Notes under the pieces: model-generated
What the model was told of the DNA's origin: nothing
The model's input: only the letters and a program-made list of their open reading frames with translations
The model's database searches: none
Source: Eledone cirrhosa
Lineage: Eukaryota
Direction of reading: 5' to 3'
Assembly (NCBI GenBank): GCA_964016885.1
Contig: OZ024759.1
Coordinates: 11,346,001-11,410,000 of the forward strand
DNA: 64,000 nucleotides
Program-made: the position numbers and the translations under genes
Part shown: positions 51,586-64,000 of the stretch, piece by piece
Layout of the letters: every line of letters begins with the position of its first letter
How positions within the stretch are numbered: the first letter of the stretch is position 1

Positions 51586-51945
51586 TTTTCATCAACTGTG
51601 TTGTTGTTATGGTTGTTGTTGTTGTTATGTTTGGCTGTAGTGAGGGAGGGTTGACAGGACCTTGTTACAACTAACTGGTCAATACATTTACTGTATCTGC
51701 TTTGATGTATCCCGGTTGATATCTTTTAATACCAAGTGTGTTTTAAACCTGTTTTTCTATTTGCTTTGTAATATACTTGATGTGAAATCACTGGGTGAAA
51801 CATGTTACTGAAGAAATTAGTGTGTTTTTTTAAGAAGTCTACCACAATCGGACATTAAATGTTAAAAATATAATGATCTCTCTCTCTCTATATATATATA
51901 TATGCTATAGTTATAGCTTCTAATTGGATGGAAGGAAGTGTGGCT

Positions 51946-52017
51946 GGCATATTGGTGTAACTGGTAGCACATTGGTCTGGCAAACCAAAGATGTGGGTTT
52001 GTGTCCCTTGTACATCA
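51946..52017 (+). pseudogene. Degenerate tRNA-like sequence (SINE head or tRNA pseudogene)
   Basis: A-box-like TGGTGTAACTGG, arm TTGGT-CTGGCAA-ACCAA; T arm and acceptor stem degraded. Confidence 0.4.
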
Positions 52018-52326
52018 ATACTCATCCGTTTTTCCATTCAGAGGGTTTTTAAAAAAAGCAATCCCCCCTAACAGACTAATTTTATTTAGTCAAATACAGC
52101 GTAAGGCCATGTTACTCCCCATTTTCAAATTTCGCTCACTGTTTGTAAACAAAGTCTGCTTTGTATCTCTCTCAATATAACAGAGTTGTTAGAATGTTAC
52201 TTTGGAGTTGTTTAATTGGTCCTTAATATTTCGGGATGAATTCCCTTTGTCAAAAGAAAAAATTGAGGAAGCTAAGTTAGAGCAGGATATCTTGTGTTGT
52301 CCTAATGTTGGCATAACTCTTATTTT

Positions 52327-52375
<49 letters not shown>

Positions 52376-52619
52376 GAAGAGAGAGAGAGGGAAATATAGT
52401 CATACGCAGATGTAGTTAGAAATGGAATGCAGCTGAGAATTTGTAAAGAGAGCAGAATTTATTATCGAAGCTGCCAATAGAAGAAGGATGATGATAATAT
52501 TGATAATTATAATAATAATAATAATAATAATAATATTGATAATTATAATAATAATAATAATAATATTGATAATAGTAATGAGGATGAGGAGAAGAGTAAG
52601 AAAATAGCAATGTTATATT

Positions 52620-55427
52620 GTAGAGAAATGGGTTAAAGATAGTCTTTTTGTCAGTGGGTGAGTTTATTGATTGGGCAGATGGTTTTTGTCTAAATGTGTC
52701 CTGAGATTCACAAAGCAATGCACCCTGGGGTAGTTTATTTATAAATGGCTACAGAGTGTCAACAGCTGCTTGCAGTGATAAATGGTAGAGAAATGGGTTA
52801 AAGATAGTCTTTTTGTCAGTGGGTGAGTTTATTGATTGGGCAGATGGTTTTTGTCTAAATGTGTCCTGAGATTCACAAAGCAATGCACCCTGGGGTAGTT
52901 TATTTATAAATGGCTACAGAGTGTCAACAGCTGCTTGCAGTGATAAATGGTAGAGAAATGGGTTAAAGATAGTCTTTTTGTCAGTGGGTGAGTTTATTGA
53001 TTGGGCAGATGGTTTTTGTCTAAATGTGTCCTGAGATTCACAAAGCAATGCACCCTGGGGTAGTTTATTTATAAATGGCTACAGAGTGTCAACAGCTGCT
53101 TGCAGTGATAAATGGTAGAGAAATGGGTTAAAGATAGTCTTTTTGTCAGTGGGTGAGTTTATTGATTGGGCAGATGGTTTTTGTCTAAATGTGTCCTGAG
53201 ATTCACAAAGCAATGCACCCTGGGGTAGTTTATTTATAAATGGCTACAGAGTGTCAACAGCTGCTTGCAGTGATAAATGGTAGAGAAATGGGTTAAAGAT
53301 AGTCTTTTTGTCAGTGGGTGAGTTTATTGATTGGGCAGATGGTTTTTGTCTAAATGTGTCCTGAGATTCACAAAGCAATGCACCCTGGGGTAGTTTATTT
53401 ATAAATGGCTACAGAGTGTCAACAGCTGCTTGCAGTGATAAATGGTAGAGAAATGGGTTAAAGATAGTCTTTTTGTCAGTGGGTGAGTTTATTGATTGGG
53501 CAGATGGTTTTTGTCTAAATGTGTCCTGAGATTCACAAAGCAATGCACCCTGGGGTAGTTTATTTATAGTTGGCTACAGAGTGTCAACAGCTGCTTGCAG
53601 TGATAAATGGTAGAGAAATGGGTTAAAGATAGTCTTTTTGTCAGTGGGTGAGTTTATTGATTGGGCAGATGGTTTTTGTCTAAATGTGTCCTGAGATTCA
53701 CAAAGCAATGCACCCTGGGGTAGTTTATTTATAAATGGCTACAGAGTGTCAACAGCTGCTTGCAGTGATAAATGGTAGAGAAATGGGTTAAAGATAGTCT
53801 TTTTGTCAGTGGGTGAGTTTATTGATTGGGCAGATGGTTTTTGTCTAAATGTGTCCTGAGATTCACAAAGCAATGCACCCTGGGGTAGTTTATTTATAGT
53901 TGGCTACAGAGTGTCAACAGCTGCTTGCAGTGATAAATGGTAGAGAAATGGGTTAAAGATAGTCTTTTTGTCAGTGGGTGAGTTTATTGATTGGGCAGAT
54001 GGTTTTTGTCTAAATGTGTCCTGAGATTCACAAAGCAATGCACCCTGGGGTAGTTTATTTATAAATGGCTACAGAGTGTCAACAGCTGCTTGCAGTGATA
54101 AATGGTAGAGAAATGGGTTAAAGATAGTCTTTTTGTCAGTGGGTGAGTTTATTGATTGGGCAGATGGTTTTTGTCTAAATGTGTCCTGAGATTCACAAAG
54201 CAATGCACCCTGGGGTAGTTTATTTATAAATGGCTACAGAGTGTCAACAGCTGCTTGCAGTGATAAATGGTAGAGAAATGGGTTAAAGATAGTCTTTTTG
54301 TCAGTGGGTGAGTTTATTGATTGGGCAGATGGTTTTTGTCTAAATGTGTCCTGAGATTCACAAAGCAATGCACCCTGGGGTAGTTTATTTATAGTTGGCT
54401 ACAGAGTGTCAACAGCTGCTTGCAGTGATAAATGGTAGAGAAATGGGTTAAAGATAGTCTTTTTGTCAGTGGGTGAGTTTATTGATTGGGCAGATGGTTT
54501 TTGTCTAAATGTGTCCTGAGATTCACAAAGCAATGCACCCTGGGGTAGTTTATTTATAGTTGGCTACAGAGTGTCAACAGCTGCTTGCAGTGATAAATGG
54601 TAGAGAAATGGGTTAAAGATAGTCTTTTTGTCAGTGGGTGAGTTTATTGATTGGGCAGATGGTTTTTGTCTAAATGTGTCCTGAGATTCACAAAGCAATG
54701 CACCCTGGGGTAGTTTATTTATAAATGGCTACAGAGTGTCAACAGCTGCTTGCAGTGATAAATGGTAGAGAAATGGGTTAAAGATAGTCTTTTTGTCAGT
54801 GGGTGAGTTTATTGATTGGGCAGATGGTTTTTGTCTAAATGTGTCCTGAGATTCACAAAGCAATGCACCCTGGGGTAGTTTATTTATAGTTGGCTACAGA
54901 GTGTCAACAGCTGCTTGCAGTGATAAATGGTAGAGAAATGGGTTAAAGATAGTCTTTTTGTCAGTGGGTGAGTTTATTGATTGGGCAGATGGTTTTTGTC
55001 TAAATGTGTCCTGAGATTCACAAAGCAATGCACCCTGGGGTAGTTTATTTATAAATGGCTACAGAGTGTCAACAGCTGCTTGCAGTGATAAATGGTAGAG
55101 AAATGGGTTAAAGATAGTCTTTTTGTCAGTGGGTGAGTTTATTGATTGGGCAGATGGTTTTTGTCTAAATGTGTCCTGAGATTCACAAAGCAATGCACCC
55201 TGGGGTAGTTTATTTATAAATGGCTACAGAGTGTCAACAGCTGCTTGCAGTGATAAATGGTAGAGAAATGGGTTAAAGATAGTCTTTTTGTCAGTGGGTG
55301 AGTTTATTGATTGGGCAGATGGTTTTTGTCTAAATGTGTCCTGAGATTCACAAAGCAATGCACCCTGGGGTAGTTTATTTATAGTTGGCTACAGAGTGTC
55401 AACAGCTGCTTGCAGTGATAAATGGTA
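52620..55427. repeat. 165-bp satellite, 17 nearly identical copies
   Basis: TAGAGAAATG at 52621, 52786, 52951...55261; only ATAAATGG/ATAGTTGG variation seen. Confidence 0.97.
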
Positions 55428-55721
55428 TTTTATTCTGAATAGAAAGTGGATTTTCTGTGATATAAATAAGAAAGGAGTCAATGATCAGATCAGATCAAGG
55501 AAACAATGTTTCCATTGGTCTTTCCACTACTGATACTATCTGTCAGTCACAACTCCTGACAGAAGAAAGATGATGACAGGGTGGGGAGGAGGAGTGGGTA
55601 TGAGTGTTAAAGAGGAGGTGTAGCGGGAGACGGTGACAGCTGCATGTTGGTTGTTGGTAATGAGTGGATATGTAGGTGAAATGGAAACAGCAACATGAGC
55701 GACATAAGGTGATAGCAAATA

Positions 55722-57907
55722 GGGATGTGACATGGCTAGGGAGAGAGAGGGATGTGTGTTAGAGAGGGAAGGAGAGCGAGAAAGACAGGGGGATGTGTCA
55801 TGGCTAGGGAGAGAGAGGGATGTGTGTTAGAGAGGGAAGGAGAGCGAGAAAGACAGGGGGATGTGTCATGGCTAGGGAGAGAGAGGGATGTGTGTTAGAG
55901 AGGGAAGGAGAGCGAGAAAGACAGGGGGATGTGTCATGGCTAGGGAGAGAGAGGGATGTGTGTTAGAGAGGGAAGGAGAGCGAGAAAGACAGGGGATATG
56001 ACATGGCTAGGGAGAGAGAGGGATGTGTGTTAGAGAGGGAAGGAGAGCGAGAAAGACAGGGGGATGTGTCATGGCTAGGGAGAGAGAGGGATGTGTGTTA
56101 GAGAGGGAAGGAGAGCGAGAAAGACAAGGGGATGTGTCATGGCTAGGGAGAGAGAGGGATGTGTGTTAGAGAGGGAAGGAGAGCGAGAAAGACAGGGGGA
56201 TGTGACATGGCTAGGGAGAGAGAGGGATGTGTGTTAGAGAGGGAAGGAGAGCGAGAAAGACAGGGGGATGTGTCATGGCTAGGGAGAGAGAGGGATGTGT
56301 GTTAGAGAGGGAAGGAGAGCGAGAAAGACAGGGGGATGTGTCATGGCTAGAGAGAGAGGGATGTGTGTTAGAGAGGGAAGGAGAGCGAGAAAGACAGGGG
56401 GATGTGTCATGGCTAGAGAGAGAGAGGGATGTGTGTTAGAGAGGGAAGGAGAGCGAGAAAGACAGGGGGATGTGTCATGGCTAGGGAGAGAGAGGGATGT
56501 GTGTTAGAGAGGGAAGGAGAGCGAGAAAGACAAGGGGATGTGTCATGGCTAGAGAGAGAGGGATGTGTGTTAGAGAGGGAAGGAGAGCGAGAAAGACAGG
56601 GGGATGTGTCATGGCTAGGGAGAGAGAGGGATGTGTGTTAGAGAGGGAAGGAGAGCGAGAAAGACAAGGGGATGTGTCATGGCTAGAGAGAGAGGGATGT
56701 GTGTTAGAGAGGGAAGGAGAGCGAGAAAGACAGGGGGATGTGTCATGGCTAGAGAGAGAGGGATGTGTGTTAGAGAGGGAAGGAGAGCGAGAAAGACAGG
56801 GGGATGTGACATGGCTAGAGAGAGAGAGGGATGTGTGTTAGAGAGGGAAGGAGAGCGAGAAAGACAAGGGGATGTGTCATGGCTAGGGAGAGAGAGGGAT
56901 GTGTGTTAGAGAGGGAAGGAGAGCGAGAAAGACAGGGGGATGTGTCATGGCTAGGGAGAGAGAGGGATGTGTGTTAGAGAGGGAAGGAGAGCGAGAAAGA
57001 CAGGGGGATGTGTCATGGCTAGGGAGAGAGAGGGATGTGTGTTAGAGAGGGAAGGAGAGCGAGAAAGACAGGGGGATGTGACATGGCTAGGGAGAGAGAG
57101 GGATGTGTGTTAGAGAGGGAAGGAGAGCGAGAAAGACAGGGGGATGTGTCATGGCTAGGGAGAGAGAGGGATGTGTGTTAGAGAGGGAAGGAGAGCGAGA
57201 AAGACAGGGGGATGTGACATGGCTAGAGAGAGAGGGATGTGTGTTAGAGAGGGAAGGAGAGCGAGAAAGACAGGGGGATGTGTCATGGCTAGGGGGAGAG
57301 AGGGATGTGTGTTAGAGAGGGAAGGAGAGCGAGAAAGACAGGGGGATGTGACATGGCTAGAGAGAGAGGGATGTGTGTTAGAGAGGGAAGGAGAGCGAGA
57401 AAGACAGGGGGATGTGTCATGGCTAGGGAGAGAGAGGGATGTGTGTTAGAGAGGGAAGGAGAGCGAGAAAGACAGGGGGATGTGACATGGCTAGGGAGAG
57501 AGAGGGATGTGTGTTAGAGAGGGAAGGAGAGCGAGAAAGACAGGGGGATGTGTCATGGCTAGGGAGAGAGAGGGATGTGTGTTAGAGAGGGAAGGAGAGC
57601 GAGAAAGACAGGGGGATGTGACATGGCTAGGGAGAGAGAGGGATGTGTGTTAGAGAGGGAAGGAGAGCGAGAAAGACAAGGGGATGTGTCATGGCTAGGG
57701 AGAGAGAGGGATGTGTGTTAGAGAGGGAAGGAGAGCGAGAAAGACAGGGGGATGTGTCATGGCTAGAGAGAGAGGGATGTGTGTTAGAGAGGGAAGGAGA
57801 GCGAGAAAGACAGGGGGATGTGTCATGGCTAGGGAGAGAGAGGGATGTGTGTTAGAGAGGGAAGGAGAGCGAGAAAGACAGGGGGATGTGACATGGCTAG
57901 AGAGAGA
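55722..57907. repeat. 66-68 bp purine-rich minisatellite, ~32 copies
   Basis: GGGATGTGTCATGGCTAGGGAGAGAGAGGGATGTGTGTTAGAGAGGGAAGGAGAGCGAGAAAGACAGG. Confidence 0.97.
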
Positions 57908-58204
57908 TCAATCAAGTAAACTCAATGACCTAAATAAATGGAAATTGATATAAGGAAATGAATTAAGATTATAGATTTTTTTTATTTAGTCTTCATCCAA
58001 CAATCCAAAAGTGTTAGCAAGTCTTAAAAATAATAATAATAATAATGCTTTCAATAATAATAATAATAATAATGAATAATGATAAAAACAAAATAGATGA
58101 AAAACAAACAACAACACAAACAAAAAGTAAATAACATAAGAGGATGCTGTTGTCACACATAAACAGTATTAACAGCTAAAGAAACAAAAGAAAACAACAA
58201 AATG

Positions 58205-58625
58205 AACTACCACTGCCACTGCCACTACCACCAACACCACCATTGCCACCACCACCATTGCCACCACCACCATTGCCACCACCAACACCACCACCACCAC
58301 CACTAACACCAATACCGCCACGACAACCACTACAACCACCACCGCCACCACTGCCACCACCACCACTGCCCCCCAGCACCACCACCACCACCACTTCTAC
58401 TACTACTACCACCACCACCACCACCACTTCTACTACTACTACCACCACCACCACCACCACTGCCACCAACATCAACACCACCACCAGTAATAACTACAAC
58501 AGCAATAACTATAACAACAACAACAGCAGCAACAGCAATAACTACAACAACAGCAGCAGCAACAACAGCAATAACTACAACAACAACAACAACAGCAACA
58601 GCAATAAGTACAACAACAACTGCAA
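58205..58625. repeat. (CAC)n/(AAC)n low complexity
   Basis: Direct reading. Confidence 0.9.
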
Positions 58626-58842
58626 CATTAGGTGTAAAATGATAAAACCTTTGGTTTCAGTTAGAGCTAATATGGAGAGGAGGATTAAAAAGATTGACAA
58701 TGAAAGTTAACAACATTTTAACATATTTAGTATAAATGTCATCAAGATATTATTTCAGTTATTAAAATGTCAGCACAACAAATAGGTTAAACATGTGTAT
58801 CAACAGTTCCTATACAGTATATATATATATATATATATGTAT

Positions 58843-59462
58843 CATCATCATCATCATCATCATTTTACGTCCGTTTTTCCCTGCTTGCAAGGGTGGGACG
58901 GGTCTTATTCAGCACAGCATCTCTCCACTCGTCACGGTCCCTCGTCATCTCCACCGTGAGCTTCAATGATCTGAGGTCTGTTCTCACCACCTCTGCCCAT
59001 GTTTTTCGTGGTCTACCTCTACCACGTCTTCCTTCAACTGGCAATTCCTGGCACTTCTTCACCCATCGGTCATCCTCCATGCGCATCACATGTCCATACC
59101 ATCTCAGTCTCCTCTCCCGTACACTACATTCTATCCCTCTCAGACACAGTTTCTCTCTCAACACATTTATGCTGGGTCGTTCACGCACATTTACACTGCA
59201 CATCCAACGGAGCATGCTTGCCTCATTTCTCTCCATATATATATATATATCATCATCATTTTACGTCCGCTTTTCCTTGCTTGCAAGGGTGGGACTGGTC
59301 CTATTCAGCCACAGCATCTCTCAATTTGTTACGGTCCTTCGTCATCTCTTCCGTGAGCTTCAGCGATCTGAGGTCTGCTCTCACCACCTCCGCCCATGTT
59401 TTTCGTTGTTCTTCCTCTACTGTGTCTTCCTTCTACTGGGATTTCTTGGCACTTCTTTACCC
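58843..59462 (-). mobile_element. Two adjacent RTE family 2 3' fragments (58843-59235, 59250-59462)
   Basis: ORF 58865-59236 RRLRWYGHVMRM...GRPRKTW; each has a (CAT)n tail. Confidence 0.92.
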
Positions 59463-59545
59463 ATAGCTGAATCTATGGCTGAACTAGAGAAGAAATTCCA
59501 AACCTGGAAGCATGGCCTAGAATCTAAAGGCCTTAAAGTTAACTT

Positions 59546-59885
59546 CATTCATTTCATTTCATTTTTACGTCCGCTTTTCCCTGCTTGTAAGGGTGGGACA
59601 GGAACTGATTCTGGCTTGATTTCTACAGCTGGATGCCCTTCCTAACACCAACCTCATTTACAGTGAGTACTGGGTGCTTTTTTGCCGTGGGAACTCCACG
59701 ACCACTTTGCAGTGGAATGATAGGGACCTCAGTCCCTATCATCTCATTTCTACAACTGAGTAAACTAGAGCAATGTGAAATAAAGTGTCTTGCTCAAGGA
59801 AACAACACATCACCCGGTCTGAGAATTGAACTCACAACCTTTTGATTGCAAGGCCAATGCTCTAACCACTAAGCCATGTGCCTCC
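59546..59885 (-). mobile_element. SINE family A nested in RTE
   Basis: AACTT repeated at both flanks; LINE frame resumes after it. Confidence 0.9.
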
Positions 59886-60553
59886 AACTTGTCTAAGATT
59901 AAAGTTCTAGTATGTAGAAAGGAGAATAGGGCACAGGTGCCCTCTGGGAAATGGTCATGCTCAATGTGTAGGAAAGGAGTAGGTAGAAATTCCATTCTAT
60001 GTCCCAAATGCAAACTATGGGTACATAAAAGATGTAGTGGGTTCACAGGCAAGCTATCAAAGAATGTAGGTTTTATATGTGGCTGATGCTCAGGTCCAGT
60101 AAGTAGCAAGGGCTCACTGGATATCTCCTTTAATTGCCCAGATGGTTCTGTAGAAATAGTAGAGACCTTCCGTTACCTGGGTGACAAAATCAGCAGGGGA
60201 GGAGGGTGCTCTGAAAGTACAGTAGCCAGAGTTAGAACGGGATGGAAAAAGTTCAGAGACTTAATACCGCTATTGGCCACAAAAGGTTTCTTTCTAAAAA
60301 TGAAAGGCAGATTGTATGATGCTTGTGTACAAACAGCAATGTTACATGGCAGTGAGACCTGGGCATTGTGTGCAGAGGATCTGCGCACATTTGAAAGAAA
60401 TGAAGCATGCATGCTTCGATGGATCCATAATAGAAAAATACACAAACAGCAAAGCATAGACGAATCGAGAAATTAGGCATAAGAGGTATCAAATGTTGTG
60501 TTCTGGAGAGGAGATTACGTTGGTATGGTCATGTGATGCGTATGAAGGAGGAC

Positions 60554-60877
60554 ATCATCATTTTACGTCCGCTTTTCCCTGCTTGCAAGGGTGGGACGGG
60601 AACTGATTCTGGCTTGATTTCTACAGCTGGATGCCCTTCCTAACACCAACCTCATTTACAGTGAGTGCTGGGTATTTTTTTGCCGTGACACCTCCACGAC
60701 CACTTTGCAGTGGAATGATAGGGACCTCAGTCCCTATCATCTCATTTCTACAGCTGAGTAAACTGGAGCAATGTGAAATAAAGTGTCTTGCTCAAGGAAA
60801 CAACACATCACCCGGTCTGAGAATTGAACTCACAACCTTTCGATTGCAAGGCCAATGCTCTAACCACTAAGCCATGT
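60554..60877 (-). mobile_element. SINE family A nested in RTE
   Basis: Matches 34565-34900. Confidence 0.9.
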
Positions 60878-61306
60878 ATAAAAGCCATGTATAAAAAAGT
60901 GCAGGGTGATAAAAATCGATGGAAGCTACCGAGTGGGCAGACCAAGAAAAACCTGGGATGAGGTGATAAAAGCTGACCTTGCACACTTGAACTTCTCTAA
61001 GACAATGACATAGGATAGAGATCTTTGGCGCTATGCAGTTATACAGAAGACCTGTCTTGTAGGCACCTCTTAATCCAATATACCCCCTGCACATCCCTCC
61101 CACTTCTGCCCCCACCACCCTTACTCTGTAAAGTTATGTTGGTACCACAGAACATCCATCCCACACAAAAGTGGTCATGTAGGTGTCATGATAAAAAGCA
61201 CCCAGCCCACACTGTAAATGTGGTTGGTGTTAGGCAGGGCATCCAGTCGTAGAAGACCAGCCAGAAACAGTTGTGTATGAGTGAGACACGGTTACCCAAC
61301 GGTGCA

Positions 61307-64000
61307 ATGGTGGTATGGTGAGGTGGTGGTGTGGTGGGGTGGTATGTTGGTATGATGAGGTGGTGGTATGGTGGTGGGGTGGTATGGTGGTGTGGGGGTG
61401 GGGTGGTATGGTGGTATGGTGCTATAGTGGTATGGTGCTATAGTGGTGTGGTGGTATGGTGGTGTGGTGGTATAGTGGTATGGTGTTATGGCGGTGTGGT
61501 GGTATAGTGGTGTGGTGGTATGGTGGTATAGTGGTATGGTGGTATGGTGGTATGGTGGTATGGTGGTATAGTGGTATGGTGGTATGGTGGTGTGGTGGTA
61601 TGGTGGTATAGTGGTATGGTGGTGTGGCGGTATGGTGGTGTGGTGGTATAGTGGTATGGTGGTGTGGTGGTATAGTGGTATGGTGGTATGGTGGTGTGGT
61701 GGTGTGGTGGTATGGTGGTGTGGTGGTATAGTGGTATGGTGGTATAGTGGTATGGTGGTATGGTGGTATAGTGGTATGGTGGTACAGTGGTGTGGTGGTA
61801 TGGTGGTGTGGTGGTGTGGTGGTATGGTGGTATGGTGGTATGGTGGTGTGGTGGTATAGTGGCATGGTGGTATGGTGGTATAGTGGTATAGTGGTATGGT
61901 GGTGTGGTGGTATGGTGGTATGGTGGTGTGGTGGTATGGTGGTATGTTGGTGTGGTGGTGTGGTGGTATGGTGGTGTGGTGGTATAGTGGTATGGTGGTA
62001 TGGTGGTATGGTGGTGTGGTGGTGTGGTGGTATAGTGGTGTGGTGGTGTGGTGGTGTGGTGGTATGGTGGTATGGTGGTGTGGTGGTGTGGTGGTGTGGT
62101 GGTGTAGTGGTATGGTGGTGTGGTGGTATGGTGGTATAGTGGTATGGTGGTATGATGGTGTGGTGGTGTGGTGGTATGGTGGTGTGGTGGTATAGTGGTA
62201 TGGTGGTATAGTGGTGTGGTGGTGTGGTGGTATAGTGGTGTGGTGGTGTGGTGGTATAGTGGTATGGTGGTGTGGTGGTGTGGTGGTGTGGTGGTGTGGT
62301 GGTATAGTGGTGTGGTGGTGTGGTGGTGTGGTGGTATAGTGGTGTGGTGGTGTGGTGGTGTGGTGGTATGGTGGTGTGGTGGTATGGTGGTATGGTGGTG
62401 TGGTGGTATAGTGGTGTGGTGGTGTGGTGGTATAGTGGTATGGTGGTGTGGTGGTATAGTGGTGTGGTGGTATAGTGGTATGGTGGTGTGGTGGTATGGT
62501 GGTGTGGTGGTATAGTGGTATGGTGGTGTGGTGGTATAGTGGTGTGGTGGTATAGTGGTGTGGTGGTGTGGTGGTATAGTGGTATGGTGGTGTGGTGGTA
62601 TGGTGGTATGGTGGTGTGGTGGTATAGTGGTATGGTGGTGGTATAGTGGTGTGGTGGTGTGGTGGTGTGGTGGTGTGGTGGTGTGGTGGTGTGGTGGTGT
62701 GGTGGTGTGTTGGTATAGTGGTGTGGTGGTGTGGTGGTATAGTGGTATGGTGGTGTGGTGGTATGGTGGTGTGGTGGTATGGTGGTGTGGTGGTATAGTG
62801 GTATGGTGGTGTGGTGGTATAGTGGTATAGTGGTATAGTGGTATAGTGGTATAGTGGTATGGTGGTATAGTGGTGTGGTGGTATAGTGGTGTGGTGGTAT
62901 AGTGGTGTGGTGGTATGGTGGTATAGTGGTGTGGTGGTATAGTGGTATGGTGGTATAGTGGTGTGGTGGTATGGTGGTATGGTGGTATAGTGGTGTGGTG
63001 GTGTGGTGGTATAGTGGTGTGGTGGTATAGTGGTGTGGTGGTATGGTGGTATGGTGGTATAGTGGTGTGGTGGTATAGTGGTATGGTGGTATAGTGGTGT
63101 GGTGGTATGGTGGTATGGTGGTATAGTGGTGTGGTGGTATAGTGGTGTGGTGGTATAGTGGTATGGTGGTATAGTGGTGTGGTGGTATGGTGGTATGGTG
63201 GTATAGTGGTGTGGTGGTATAGTGGTGTGGTGGTATAGTGGTATAGTGGTATGGTGGTGTGGTGGTATAGTGGTGTGGTGGTATGGTGGTATGGTGGTAT
63301 GGTGGTATGGTGGTATGGTGGTATAGTGGTGTGGTGGTATAGTGGTGTGGTGGTATAGTGGTGTGGTGGTATAGTGGTGTGGTGGTATAGTGGTGTGGTG
63401 GTATAGTGGTGTGGTGGTATGGTGGTATGGTGGTATAGTGGTGTGGTGGTATAGTGGTATGGTGGTATAGTGGTGTGGTGGTATAGTGGTATGGTGGTAT
63501 AGTGGTGTGGTGGTATAGTGGTGTGGTGGTATAGTGGTGTGGTGGTATAGTGGTATAGTGGTATGGTGGTATAGTGGTGTGGTGGTATAGTGGTGTGGTG
63601 GTATAGTGGTGTGGTGGTATGGTGGTATAGTGGTGTGGTGGTATAGTGGTATGGTGGTATAGTGGTGTGGTGGTATGGTGGTATGGTGGTATAGTGGTGT
63701 GGTGGTATAGTGGTGTGGTGGTATGGTGGTATAGTGGTGTGGTGGTATAGTGGTATGGTGGTATAGTGGTGTGGTGGTATGGTGGTATGGTGGTATAGTG
63801 GTGTGGTGGTATAGTGGTATGGTGGTATAGTGGTGTGGTGGTATAGTGGTATGGTGGTATAGTGGTGTGGTGGTATAGTGGTATGGTGGTATAGTGGTGT
63901 GGTGGTATAGTGGTGTGGTGGTATAGTGGTGTGGTGGTATAGTGGTATAGTGGTATGGTGGTATAGTGGTGTGGTGGTATAGTGGTGTGGTGGTATGGTG
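61307..64000. repeat. 8-bp GTGGT(A/G)T(G/A)-type microsatellite running off the window
   Basis: Direct reading. Confidence 0.96.

Larger units (their letters stand above)
59463..61300 (+). mobile_element. RTE family 1-like LINE fragment with Cys-rich insert, interrupted by two SINE A copies
   Basis: GLKVN|LSKIKVL, CSMC...CPKC..WVHKRC...C..C, FRYLG, LHGSETW, LRWYGHVMRM, 3' UTR. Confidence 0.88.

Noticed and set aside
61307-64000. Telomeric array
   Set aside because: Not TTAGGG/TTAGG; heterogeneous 8-mer, and the unc-13 gene should continue beyond it.

Overview
Repeat-saturated animal genomic DNA, most likely a coleoid cephalopod (Octopus-like, inferred from the SINE/RTE repertoire; not proven). 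The window lies inside a + strand unc-13 (Munc13) gene. Two C2A-domain exons missed by the ORF track are visible, 13393-13492 (100 nt) and 50394-50511 (118 nt), separated by a 36.9 kb intron. The rest is micro/minisatellites, tRNA-derived SINEs, fragments of RTE, BovB-like, Expander-like, CR1, R4/Dong-like and Penelope-like retroelements, a deleted mariner and TTAA MITEs. Nearly all listed ORFs are repeat artefacts. Most notable: (1) a group of (TA)n-embedded fold-back elements carrying minimal type I hammerhead ribozymes on both arms plus a one-sided tail, two of them ~99 nt inside each end of the unc-13 intron; (2) ~15 tandem copies of the unc-13 splice acceptor/exon start directly upstream of the real exon; (3) a full-length U6 snRNA fused to an RTE 3' tail; (4) a tRNA-headed element ending in a hammerhead-like tail. 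All calls were made by eye; boundaries are approximate unless motifs are quoted.
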